From: Lophium mytilinum
Lineage: Eukaryota
Direction of reading: 5' to 3'
NCBI GenBank assembly: GCA_010093605.1
Contig: MU004201.1
Coordinates: 1 to 64,000 of the forward strand
DNA length: 64,000 nt
The notes under the pieces are model-generated. The model saw only the letters and a program-made list of their open reading frames with translations. It was not told the DNA's origin and ran no database searches. Positions within the stretch are counted from its first letter, which is position 1. Each line of letters starts with the position of its first letter. The translations under genes and the position numbers were made by a program. Positions 23,747-36,500 of the stretch are shown here, in pieces.

Positions 23747-26224
23747 TTATATATCATTAAACCCGGAGTTTTTAATTTTATTACTATCATAAGTATTAAG
23801 AGTATTTTTAGCTTTTTCTATATATCTCTCTACTTGTCTACTACTAGAATTACGATCTTCTAGCTGTATTGGAGAACCTAAACTAGAATAAGTTCTAATA
23901 GATTGATAGCTATTATCCTGGGGGTTTTCTTTATTAATGGCATCTATAGTATCTTCTTCTGGAATATTATCTAATTTTGGGATTGGTTCTGAGCTTTGTC
24001 TTAATCTGTATTGAGGTTGGGCCCTACTTAGGCTTCCTAAATTAGCAGAAGATTGAACTCTCCTTATTCCCCTTTCGTTAATTTGAGTAGTATTAGAAGT
24101 ATTTAACTCTCTATTAAGCTCCTGTTTTTGCGTACTAGATTGTTTAATAGATGATTCATCTATATTAGTTTTAAACCTAGTTTCTGGGTTTTTACTTTGT
24201 TGTAGAAATCTTAACTCATCCTGGGTTTTCTCTATGTTAGATTGATAACTACTACCTTTTGGAAGGTCTTTTAGAAAGGACTTAAAGGTATCTTTAAGTT
24301 CTTCTTGTCCTTTAGTTGAAAGCATATATGGATATCGACAGGTAATAGCATTTTCTATTGCTTTATCTATTTGTTTAATACTGTAATAGCTATGTGTTTT
24401 ACAATTTCGTCCTCTACATGGAAATATAAGTTGGTAAAAATAGCGTAATTGTAGCCAGGTAAAAGGTTTAAAACGTAATTCATTTAGAACTATTATAGTA
24501 GCTAGTAAATCTAATTTATTAACACCTACTGGGTGTTCATGAATTTCCCAAAATCTACGCTCAGTTTCTTTTCGATTTATCTTTTTAGCAAAAAGCACAC
24601 TTAGAAGTAGTTCATTGTTTTGTTGTGCCATAGTAGGGTGTAAAAACCGTGCAGTTATATTAATGCTATCTTTACGAAGTAATCTATTAGTATAAAAAGA
24701 TTTATACCATTTATTAGGATCTTCATTAATAGGATCAAATGATCCAGGAACTTGGGATTCCGGATCTAGAGTTTGGATTCTAAGTGAGTATATTATACTA
24801 AATTTAGCTCTTTCTAAATCATATTTAAATTGAGGGAATCTTTCTACTATATTAATATCTTCTGTTACATCTAATGCATCTACATCTAAAGCTAGTGTAG
24901 GAGCTATAGTTGTTTTTAAATTTAATGCATTTTCTATTTTTACTCTAGTACGAGTAATGCTTGAAAGTTCAGAAGAATAATCATAATCACAGCTACTATG
25001 TAGTAGATTATCTTTATTCTTACTATAGTTTATAGTAAAACTCCCTTCATAGAAATTTCTATAAATATGTTTATTTAAAAGTATTCTCATACCTCTAGCA
25101 AATTCTATTTCGAGAGGTTTTTGTTGAATAATAATGCCTTCCTTTGAAGTTTTTTTAATAAATGGGGTTTGAAGAAAAGCTTTAAATATATTATCTGCAT
25201 TTAAATTTGGAAAAACTAAAGCTAAGCCACGTTCAAAGTACTTTTTAAGTCGACGTTCAAATGTAAGACTACGACGAGTAATATCTACAATAGTACATCC
25301 ACTTAGTAAAGAGTAAGCAGCTAGTTCAGTACCAATAATTCTAGGGCCTAGACTAAAACATAAAGCAACCGCTGCAGCTGTTATATCAAAACCGTAAAGG
25401 ATTTGACTTATACTCGTATAGGACCGTAGAATAATTTGAACCTTTTGTACTTTCCATTTTAGAGAAATAGAATTAGATTTTTGGCTATGTAATTTTTCTT
25501 GTCTTTGTAGAAAAGATTTATCCTCTATAGAAGTATTTGGATATAATATAGATGGCGAGGGTTCAATGTTACAATCTTTTTTATCTAGTTGTCGTATTGC
25601 AAAAGATGGGCGGAAAGTAACACTGTTATTTGTACGTGTAGCTAAAGTTAATTGTAGATGATTATTAATCCATTTTCCAAGTTCTTTAACCGCTTGTTTA
25701 TATTCTTCTTCATTTTTATATCCGTAAAGAAAAAAATCAATATCATTTGACTGGATATTTTCATACATAAGACTATGAATTGAACCTCCAGCAATACAAA
25801 TATGCGGTTTCAAAGAGTTGGGTAGAGTTTCTAGATAGTAGGTCCAGAATGGTATTAAGTCTTGTAAATTAATAGTTAGATTTGGGCAATCTGAGTTACA
25901 AACACTTAAAAATGGAGTATTAGGTTTTTTTCCTGAATTAGGTTCCTTATAAAGAGAGAGTTTATTCATTATAGTACGATTAACTATAATAGACTGAAAG
26001 TCATACTTTTCATTTATAAGATGAGAGTTAAATCCATAGAGTATATTAGATTCTAGATCATTAAGAGGTTCTTGTTTCTCAGATTGTATATGTTTAATAT
26101 TATAAATACTACTATCAATAGACTTAGACCAAGTAAATAAATAAGGATCTAGTTCGCCTATTCGTCGTCGTTGGTCATTACGGAGTAGGGTTTCTTCAAG
26201 ACTTGGAGTTTCTTGGAAATCCAT
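23747..26224 (-). CDS. 825-aa protein with a Pol-beta-superfamily nucleotidyltransferase domain resembling a giant-virus/fungal family, followed by a C-terminal region of unknown function
   Basis: Intronless 2478-bp ORF in stop-rich DNA; motifs IAGGS..SNDIDFFLYG, VQIILRSYTSISQILYGFD, DITRRSLTFERRLKKYFERG, PGSFDPINEDPNKWY. Confidence 0.8.
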   Translation of the reverse strand: MDFQETPSLEETLLRNDQRRRIGELDPYLFTWSKSIDSSIYNIKHIQSEKQEPLNDLESNILYGFNSHLINEKYDFQSIIVNRTIMNKLSLYKEPNSGKKPNTPFLSVCNSDCPNLTINLQDLIPFWTYYLETLPNSLKPHICIAGGSIHSLMYENIQSNDIDFFLYGYKNEEEYKQAVKELGKWINNHLQLTLATRTNNSVTFRPSFAIRQLDKKDCNIEPSPSILYPNTSIEDKSFLQRQEKLHSQKSNSISLKWKVQKVQIILRSYTSISQILYGFDITAAAVALCFSLGPRIIGTELAAYSLLSGCTIVDITRRSLTFERRLKKYFERGLALVFPNLNADNIFKAFLQTPFIKKTSKEGIIIQQKPLEIEFARGMRILLNKHIYRNFYEGSFTINYSKNKDNLLHSSCDYDYSSELSSITRTRVKIENALNLKTTIAPTLALDVDALDVTEDINIVERFPQFKYDLERAKFSIIYSLRIQTLDPESQVPGSFDPINEDPNKWYKSFYTNRLLRKDSINITARFLHPTMAQQNNELLLSVLFAKKINRKETERRFWEIHEHPVGVNKLDLLATIIVLNELRFKPFTWLQLRYFYQLIFPCRGRNCKTHSYYSIKQIDKAIENAITCRYPYMLSTKGQEELKDTFKSFLKDLPKGSSYQSNIEKTQDELRFLQQSKNPETRFKTNIDESSIKQSSTQKQELNRELNTSNTTQINERGIRRVQSSANLGSLSRAQPQYRLRQSSEPIPKLDNIPEEDTIDAINKENPQDNSYQSIRTYSSLGSPIQLEDRNSSSRQVERYIEKAKNTLNTYDSNKIKNSGFNDI

Positions 26225-28938
26225 TATGGTTTTATGTATATATTGTAATTAATAAACTGTTTTTAACGAAATAAAAGTAATAGAATAAGTTTTTTAGAGT
26301 AAAAGTAGCAAAATAGAACTAATATAGTAAAGAAAATGTAGCAAGTAGAGATAAATTTAAGCTATCTGTATTAATCCTTATATATACTTTCTAATTGAAC
26401 TTAGTATATATTTTAAAATAGAAAGATAAGTTAAACATTCTAATTAAAAGGTGATAATTTTAATAATACAAAGACAGTAGATTATTATCTTATTTTACTT
26501 TAGGGTTTCGCTTGAGTTATAATACTTAGTTTATTATTTAGAATAATTATTATATAAAACTATAATTATTATGTTAAGAAGATTATTATCACGATTAGTT
26601 TTGTTATGCTAGTATATTTCTCACTAAGGTATAAAGTAATTAGTAGCTTTAAATCATACTATTCTAATAGAATAAGCTAATAAATATAGATTAAATATAA
26701 TATTCAACCTAAAAACATTGAATAAAGTTAATAATATAACTCGAAAGTATTAGCAAGAATTATAATAGATAAAAATACTTATTTTAAATTGAATAACCTA
26801 ATTACTTATTGTTTAACTTTCTAGAGCAACTGTGTATAACTATATAAGAAATATATATATTACTTAACATTAGCGTAATACTATAGTTACTATTAGTCAA
26901 ATTATCTATTATTATATTATAACCACTAGTGTTGCTGCTGGTAGAATTAATGCAATAATTTAATCTTATGTTGTCTACTCTATAAAACTATATACTGCTA
27001 CATAGTATTTAGATAAAATAACATAGTTTCTATATATAGCACTAAATACATCTTTTATATAGATTATATAATAATACTTTTAAATATAACTTAGAAAAAC
27101 CTCTTATTATATGTTTCCTTTAAACATGTAGCTTTAGTGAATAGAAACTATACTATTGTAATTAATAGTAGATTTTAAAATCATAGGATATATGTATTTC
27201 TTTAGCTTATTATATAATAATATGGCAAGTAACTAGATAAGCTACCTACTCAACTATATAGTAAGCTTGCTGTTATCTTCTTTATAGTATAAATAGACCT
27301 TCTTTAGTATATTATATTATTCTCTAGCTATAATGATTAAGGTATAGTTATTAGAGACTAGGGAGCTGTTTTATTCAGGCTAATCTATAAAAAGAAACTG
27401 TACTCTACTAGGCAGTATTTGGATTTGAAAACCTGTCGTCTATAGATTATTATGCTAAATCCCTACTTATATCACAATTTAGCTACTAGAAATATATAGT
27501 AGATCTATTAGGTCTAATATAAAACTAGCTATCTAGATATACTCTCCTAAACTAAACTGGGTAGTTTAATGCTTTCCCTTAGATTTAAGTTAAGCAGACT
27601 TCTATATAGAAATGCTTGTTTAGGATTATTATAGATACACGTATGCTAAGTAGGTGTATGGATATTATTACTTTAAAGTGCAAAAAGATATTAAATTAAA
27701 TTATAGGGGCTATGTAAATTAAGATAAGTAGAAAGCTATTTAGTATACAGGTAGTATATAGCTATTAGGTAGATATACATTAGGTAGTAATATTACTCTA
27801 CTCTAGATTTAGTTTACTTTTAGTGGAGGTAGAGTAAAGAATATACAATAGAGGGTAGAGAAAGTTATTAGTATAGTTAATAGTCTATAGTATAGAGGAA
27901 GTATATTTTATATAAAAACGCTATTCTTCAATAAGAAAACTAATAAATAGAAAGCCTTACGCAAAATAGAATGTAGCAAATAATAAATACATAGTAGATA
28001 GAGAGTATATTATATTATAAATGAGCTATTACTATAGAGATAAGCATATATTATAGAAATTATATTCTAGAGCTATAATAAAAATTTTATATAACCTATT
28101 TTATATAATAGAAGGTATATAGCAGGTATAGGGTTTAATTATATAGCTAAAGCTTAAAGGCTTATAGAAGGACTAAATAGTAATGTTAGATTTGCTACTT
28201 GCCTTCTACCTAGACGGGTTAGTAGGTAGTATATTAACGGGTAGTATAATATTTTATTAGAAGACTACTATAGCAGATAAATCTAACCCTTAATAGAAAG
28301 CTACTATAGCCTCTATTTAGTAGCGTTTTAGGTCTAGAACCTTATAGTAAAAACGGTAGAATATAGAGAATATATAGTTTAGATAGTATATAGCTTTCCA
28401 AAGAGGCTATTAGGGTAATAGAAATGCTACTATAAATAGAAAGATTAATATCTCCTCCTTTCCCGCCGTTTTAGCTATTAATAAATAAAGCAGGAGGTTT
28501 ACTTTCTATAAAACCTACTAGGCTAATACTTTAGGCCCCTTCTTTAACCCAAATAACTTTTTAACTCTGATTTAGTATTACTACATTAAATAGTTTAGCG
28601 CTATCTTTAACGTGGGTTTTATAGCTTAGCGCTATATATTTAGATAGGTAAAGCCGTATTAATAGAGGTAGAGTAGTACTAAGTAGCCTAGTATTTAAAT
28701 ATAGAGTAAAAACCTGTTGTAACCTATAGACTATGATTTTTAGTTAGTAAGTATTATATTTGTAAATGTTATAAGCCTTTACGCTTTATATCTTATTATA
28801 TACTCTATTTAGTGCTAAGTAATAATAATAGTTGTAGTTTTTATTACATTGCTATATAGTAGTACTATTACCTCTTTTTCTACTTTCTTTTTATTTGCAC
28901 TTAGGTAAAAAGTACATTAAGTATCTATAAGCATAATT

Positions 28939-29415
28939 TGTTAGGCCTTACGGGTGACATTAGGTTGTAAGGGTACAAGTAGCTAGTATTAGGAAGTAAG
29001 ATCGCTTCTTAATCACACTCTTTTGTGGCGTTGTGGTAAAACTAGCTGCCCGGCCTCACACGTTGAGAAGTACAATAGTCCCGGGCGGGTTTCTAGTTCA
29101 ATCGGGCTTGTGAGCAAGCTTGTGCGCAGTTTAGCACCGTTGGATTATTCCGGCGATCGGGGCTAATAGTATTCACTAATCCTGCAGGGGTTGCTAAAAG
29201 GGTAACTCGGGTGAATACTGGGGGGTAACTTGTACGCTTACATTCTACGGCCGTCCTACAAGGACGTAGGACCCTAAAAGAGAAAGGAGGTAGTATTAGG
29301 CCTTGCGGGTAACATTAGCTTGTAAGGGTACAAGTAGCTAGTATTGGGAAGCAAGATCGCTTCTTAATTACCCTCTTTTGTGGCGCTGTGGTAAAACTAG
29401 CTGCTCGGCCTTATA
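28939..29415 (+). mobile_element. TRIM-like miniature LTR retrotransposon, copy 2
   Basis: 122-bp LTRs at 28939-29060 and 29294-29415; interior homologous to copy 1; purine tract AAAAGAGAAAGGAGG; TSD TAATT/CGATT. Confidence 0.88.
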
Positions 29416-30407
29416 CGATTGCAGTTATACTTCTAACTATGCAGCTAGCTTTATAGTCTTTACTACTAGATTATAGGATATATTGTGCCTACTAGAAGTA
29501 TACTATTATACTGCTATTAGATTATATTAAATAATAATTTTCTTTTATATATTCCTGCATGCTAATTAAACATGCTTCTAAATAGGCCCTAACCCTACCT
29601 AGTCTATATGTACTTCTCTATAGGAGTTGTGTCTCTATTAGGCTATAGTTATAAATTACTACTTGTATTTTCTATATATAATTAAAAATATCCTTTCAAA
29701 AAATAAGGATAGAATTATTAGTAAGCTATTAATCTTTTCTCTTATATTAGCTATTATTGTATATTTTAATACGTACTTTTGCGTCTAGAAGTATACTACA
29801 ATAGTAGAACTCTAACTTTATTACAGATTTTCCGCATTAGACCTAGCCCCCCTACATTACTAGGGCCCTTTCAAGCTATTCGAATTATTAAACCCCTCTA
29901 TTACTGGCTTGTATAATTTTATCTAACATAAAAGCTGCTTAATTACAAGCCGCGCTAGTGCTACCTATAGCTAAGGCTAAGGCTTAAAATAGGTAGAACC
30001 CTAATATTCTATAGCTATCTTCTATAGTACTACCTTTATTCTTACTACTTTATCCTTTAAATTACTAGGCTAGAAATACTTTTTAGGTGTAGTAATAGGG
30101 CAGTACGGCTAGAAGCTGTAGTAAGAGGTAGAGGAAAAGATTAATAATATAATTACTATTTATAGCTATACTGCATTAAGAAAGAGTATGTAGAATTAGT
30201 AAAAAGCTTAATAAGTAAATTAGTAGCTTTATTAGACCTTTCTAGACTAATTAGAAGTTTGGATATAATAGAAGTGTATATGTAAGAGAAATAAGTACTT
30301 AGAGCAAAACCCTGGTATAGGATTATTAGTCATCTAATTAAAAGTATATTTAATAGTATAGATAAAGAAAGGTAAATTACTTTTCTAAAGAATCCAAGTT
30401 AATTTAA

Positions 30408-31225
30408 GGGGACTAATAATCCTATACCGGGTTTTTCCTCCATGTACACCGTGTAATTCCTCCACATACACCCACTTACGTCTAATCTTCTAATTGGCTC
30501 GGAGGGCTCGGAATACTGCTCCGGCGCTTCATGGTAAGGCTGCACAGCCTTCCCATTTTATTGTGCATTCTTACCGTTTTCAACAGACTATTTGGCCGGG
30601 CGTAAGGCTGTAGATAAGGCTATATATATAGGCCGTGCGTGAGGCTATATATAAGGCCGTATTTATAGTAAGGCTATATAGTTATAGTAAGGCCGTGTAG
30701 TATACCCGTTATACTATGCATACTTCCTATTTCCTATAGTGCATAGGCCGTTGTATTACTACCTACGTGCCTACATATAATTATGCCAAAATAGTTAAAT
30801 CCTTACCTTGTTACGGCCTCTCCGCATTAAACCTGGCCCCCCTACATCGCCCCTGCGCCCCCCTAGCTATCCTAATCTCCTAACGCCTCTATATGCTAAT
30901 TATATAATACCATCTAACATTAGAGCTCCTTATAAGGAAGAAGCGCCGGCACTGCCTAAGGCTGAGGAGCTAGCTAAGGGGGCGGCTGGAGGGCTATAGT
31001 AAGAGGTGTATTATAGAGAAAGAGATTAAGGTTAAGGTTGTAATTGCTTATGGCCACGCCGCACTTGGAGAGAGCATTCGGAATTAGTAGTAAACCTAAG
31101 CGAGCGAATTGGAGGCCTCGTAGGACCTCTCCAGACTAATTAGAAGATTAGACGTGAATGGGTGCATATAGAGGAGAAAACGGGTGTACATAGAGGAAAA
31201 ACCTGGTGTAGGATTATTAGTCCCC
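30408..31225. mobile_element. MITE with GGGGAC...GTCCCC termini and an 8-bp TSD
   Basis: GGGGACTAATAATCCTA at left and TAGGATTATTAGTCCCC at right; TAATTTAA duplicated at 30400-30407 and 31226-31233. Confidence 0.88.
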
Positions 31226-32190
31226 TAATTTAATAGATAGTATTATTCTCTTTTTTACTATAGTATTATCCTTTATTCATTGCTATTAAATAAAACATTA
31301 TTTCTATTAGGCTTTGCAATACCTTTTCCTGTATTTATTACAACAGGAGCACTTTAATTATATACTTTTCCGCTTCTAAGCAAGTTAGCGCATTAGTGCA
31401 TATATATAGTAGTATACTTATAGTTACTATACTTACCTCTTTTTTATCTTTCTGTTTTACAACCTCTATAGTAAAAGTAATAAAAACCTTATACTTACTT
31501 ATATAGCCTATAAATTTGTCTTAAACTAGTTTAGAGAGAAAAGTCAAATTAGCAGCTTTACTTAAGAATTAAAGAATATTATCTTTCTTTCTATAGTATA
31601 TAGTAGTAGGAAATATATATAATTATATTACTAATTTAAAAAGACTAGAAAGTATATAGAGCTTTTAAGCTTAAATAGGGCCCGCAAATTAGTGTTATTT
31701 AAAATAGTATAGTCTAAATATAAGCTTTTATTAAGCTTATAGTGTTTACCTAGGATGTAAGTTTAAGAAAGCATGCAGAATGTTTAGGGTAGTATACTAG
31801 CCTACTAAAAAAATATAATATAGTTAATTTGAAAACACAATGCAATTAAATTCGCAGCATCTTGGAAATATAACCTAAGAAGGGCCCCTTAAGGCTACTT
31901 AAGACCCTATAAACGTTTGCAAGCAGTATTAGAGCCTTACAAGTAGTGCTGGCGGCGTCGCAGTAGAATTACGCATCGCGACCCCTATTATAGAGCACGA
32001 TTAATAATACTAACTATAACCCTAAAACCAACCCTATAACCCAAAGTCTAAGTAGAATGTCTACGCTAATATCTAAGCACTAGTTTAAGAAGTCCGCAGT
32101 ATCTAAGACTACCTATAGAATAAGCCTTAACCACCTAACCCTAAGATAAATAACATCCTCTAGCACCTCTGGAACTTCGCAGGACGCGTA

Positions 32191-33545
32191 CAGTTAGTGG
32201 ACTTAAGTTTGATCCGAGCCCGCGCACGGCCACGAAAATCAATAGGAACTCGGTGTCATCACTTCAATAGTACAACACGGCTGTGAGGCCTGGTGATACA
32301 ATTTCATGGTGTTTTAATAGCCATATGCTAATACTTGGTTTGCCAGCCCTTAGATTGCCTAAGAGCTTCCACCTGATTTAGCATGCTCCGAACAAGTGAC
32401 AAAATCAGTGAATCAGGCAGCGCCAGCCATGCCTCCTTGATGGCCACCTGTAGCGCTTTCCAATCAGCTTCTGCTTGGCCCATTGTTAATAATTCTGGAT
32501 GCAGCTTGTAAACTATCTTCTTGAGCGCCCACCACATGTGCTCAATGGGGTTAAGGTCCGGTAAATAGGGTAGCTATTCCATGGTCCAAATCCCGTGAGA
32601 TTCCAAAAACTTACGGGTCCATTTAGAGTTGTGAATGGGGGCATTATTATGCATAAATATCTCCCCTGGCTGGTATTGTTCTAAGAGGCCATCCTCTAAT
32701 GTCTTAGTGTAGCTTCTGCCCGAATAGCCCATCTTTTTAGCCTTCCAATCCCGTTCTATGATAATTAATGGCGACCGGCCGGCATGGCCGTCCGGTGTCA
32801 CCCAAATGGCTGCCCACACCATCTGTGACATCCTGTTGGACTTCTCTTTCTCCGTAATTATCTCTGGGTGGTATTTCTTATAAGAATAGCGGAAGCACCA
32901 CTCTGCCTGCTGCCCGGAGCCCCTCTGCACGGAGCACTCATCCGTGAACTTAATAGTTGTGCCTTCCTAGTTGAAATTCTTATAATCCTGAGCAAATTGG
33001 CGGCAAATTACAGCATGCTTAGGCTTTAGTAATGGCCTCTTAGCACACCTGCGCTTGTGCAGGCCATTCTCTCCAAGGTAGCGTTGGATGGTCTTCTTGG
33101 AAATGGGGTGCTTCCGATTCGGGCGGGCATTTAGGTCTGCCTCTTTGATAATCTGGGAATACTCCAATTTTGGAGCTTTTCTCACAATTTGAATGATGTC
33201 CCGCTTCTCACAACGTGTGAGAACCTCTGGGGGCCCAGAGCATGGCAAGGAATCCGTGGTGTTGTGTTCTTTGAACCGTTTAATCGTGGTGTAGATTGTG
33301 CGCACGTTGCAGCCAAATTTAGCCGCCAAATCCTTGTTGGAAACATACTCTTGGTGCTTGGCGATGATGGCTGTGCGCTGTTGAGATGAAAGCTCGCCAT
33401 TCCCTCTTGCATTCCCATTAATTGGAGTTCCAATTGAGCGTGTTATTGTGGTGTGGTGTGGAGGTGAATGGGACGCGTTCCTAACGCGACGCGATTTTGG
33501 TGGGGTGCGCACGGTTCATTGGATGAGACTTAAGTCTAAGTACTA
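32191..33545 (-). mobile_element. impala-like Tc1 transposon (1355 bp) inserted in LINE ORF1
   Basis: Imperfect 25-bp TIRs starting CAGT; TA on both sides; empty site in the LINE copy near 59500. Confidence 0.9.
32328..33512 (-). pseudogene. Tc1-family DDE transposase with two in-frame TAG stops
   Basis: Three collinear same-frame ORFs: HTH region, FTDECSV, FMHNNAPIH (catalytic D changed to N), LPDLNPIEHMWWALK; the true start codon is uncertain. Confidence 0.88.
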
Positions 33546-36500
33546 TACTGGCCGGCCTCTCGGGCACCGCGGAGGACCTACAACAAGCGCCGTGGAAGAA
33601 GATAATAAAGATAATAGAGAAAATAAAGAAGGGCGTATAAGCGCTATGTGCACAAGGAATAACCTATGCCGCGGTGGCGGCAGGAAAGAATAGTAAGACT
33701 ATAGGAAATAAGGAGTATATAATATAGACTACCTATAAAATTACTATATATATTAAGGATAAAGCGGAATACACAGTATTAAATAAATACTTAAACGCGG
33801 CTATTACCTATAAGCTCTAAGCAGCAGAAGAGCCCGACACTATAAAGATCCACGGAGTAAAGAAGCTGTAGAGTAGCAATGTAAAGGCCTACGTGCTAGA
33901 TATAGCGGGTAAGGAGGCCCTACTAAAGAAGAAGGAATGGATAAAGGTGCTAGGCAAAACAGCATAAATCCAGCTGCCTAAGGTCCTCCTAGAAGTGCAT
34001 GGCGTGCTAAAAGAAATAGATGTAGAAGACCTAGAACTATAAAGTAACATTATATAAGATAATAAGGAACTCTACCTAGGCCTAGTTTTATATAAGGTTA
34101 TATAGGAATACCCGAACTAGATCTAGGCTATTAAGGATGACCCTAATTAGCGCGCCTTATTAGCCATTATTACTATAGGCACGGAGGTAATAGCGAGTAA
34201 GATTATAGATAAAGGAATAGCATAGAACGGATACATGCTAGAAGCCTTAAGGTATAAGGCAGGCTTTACGGCCACTTAATACTTCCAATGCTAGGGCTAT
34301 AGGCAAGTTGCACGGCACTGCAAGAAGGAGATGGCATGCGCAACGTGCTCTGGAGCGCACGACACAAGATAATGCATAGAGGAGAGCCTTAGGAAGTGCG
34401 CTAACTACAAGAGAAGCCACCTATTGTATAGCGCAGCATGCATAGAAAAAAAAAAAAACTTAGCTAAAAGCTAACGTAAGAAGGTAGGCTGCACTAACCC
34501 ACTACAAAGCCAACTGCATAGTAATATTCTAATCTATAGCAGAACTACAGGCTCTTAACGCGGCTAGGAAGAAGAGGAAGGCCTCCGAGAATAGCGATGC
34601 ACTTAACGGCAGCACCCAGAAAGGACGCGGATGGCCTCCCCTGTTTGCGGGTACATATAAGAACCCAAAACAACTAAAGATTAATAGAGTACTACAGTCT
34701 GCCTATGCTACGTAGACTACCCAATTAGGGCATACTTCCCGTTTAACGCAGCAGCCTTGCTATAGCAGCCCTTAGCCTTTCTATAAAGCCCCTTAGCCTA
34801 CCTATAAGATGCTACACTACTCTTAAATAACGGCCTACGGTAGCAACGCCGGCCTATTATCATTTAACGTTACTTAGGTGCCGTCTACCTAGGAAGAAGA
34901 GGTAGTAAGCCACTAGCTCCGCATGGAGGCTAGCTAGGCTACAACAGCTAATTCTAAAAACTCTATAGATACCTAATAATAGAACAACCTAATATACTTA
35001 CTATGATATAGTATAACATTAATAAAAGCCGAGAGACTTAAAGAGTTTCTTTAAGGCGGCCGGCCTTAGCCGCTGGTGCTAGCTATACAAGAACTATAGA
35101 AGAACACTTAGGACTACACCTTACTGCACATAAAACTCTACTATCTACTATATAGAGGAAGCCCGAACACTAGAATATATATATATGTTAATAAGTGCCT
35201 AAACCCGGGCTAGTGGACCGTTAAGCATTACTTACTAGACCTTATCACCCTCTCCCTCTAAGCTAGAGGAGAGAATATTTAAAACTACAATATCTACAAC
35301 CTAAAGCTACGCGGGATTATAGATATACTGCCCCCTATACTGCAGGAGGAGGCGGAGTATATACTAATAGGCGATATAAACCTATACTACCTGTCCTAGG
35401 GAGGAATACAGGTAGTTAGTATAGAAGAGTAGGCAGAAGAGCTTATCCGCATTACAATGGAATCAGGCATAGACCTAGCCACAGAGGAGGGCATTAAAAT
35501 ACGGGCAAGAGGAACGTTGCGAACTACAATTAACCTTATATTTATAACCGGATGGCTAATAGAACAAACAACGTCCTGCATAGTTTAAGAGGAATAGAAC
35601 TATAACTTAGACCACCGCCCTATATATATAGAGTTTAACATTACACTACTAATGGGAACTTAGTAACCCCAACGCCGGCTATAGAAGAACGTTGTATAGA
35701 AGGATGTGTAAGAGCACCTTACGGCCTAGCTAATATAGCTAGAAAGCTGGAACAACCCCCTGGATAAAGAGGAAGAGGAGAACCTAGACAATTTTGTGCG
35801 CATCCTATACTAACTAATTAAGATTACTATTAATGCTACAGTGCTAATAGCACGGCCCTTAATACACGCTTTACTATTATAGATAGAAGAGTGCTTAAAA
35901 GAGGTGCACGAGACTAGGTAAGTATATAGAATGTGGCGCTCATCGCGTTCTATAGAGAACTAGATATTGTATTAGGTCTAATACAACCGCAAGAAGAGAG
36001 CTATAAGAAAGGAGAGCACTAAGGCATAGCGCCGTATAGTAGAGAAAGTAACAAAGGACCCTAAGGGGGCATGGAAGCTAGCCAAATAGGGCCGCACGGT
36101 TAGAAAGAAATTAAGGCACCCCCCTTAATTCTCTCCCCTCTCTAGGCCCGGTAACTCTACCCTTTATAAGAACAACAAGACAAAAGCGCGCATACTAGCA
36201 GAATAGATCTTTTTACCTCCGGTAGAAGCCGACCTTTCTACCCTAGAGGGGTTCTAATACCCGGAACTATATACTACCCCTATAGATGTCACTGTAGAGA
36301 ATATAATCTTAGCGCTAATAGAAATTGCACTAGATGAGGCCTCCGGAATTATAAGAATTATAGATAGATTGCTAAAGAAGTGTGAGATGCAACTAGCACC
36401 TGTCCTTGCCCGGTTCTTTATAAAGTGCCTATATAGAGAACACTACCCCCAACCATTTAAAGAATTAATAATAGTAGTACTACGCAAGCCCTAGAAAGTG

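Noticed and set aside
26376..26388. CTTATATATA motif upstream of three island genes
   Set aside because: TATA-like strings are ubiquitous in this AT-rich DNA, so the motif is not discriminating
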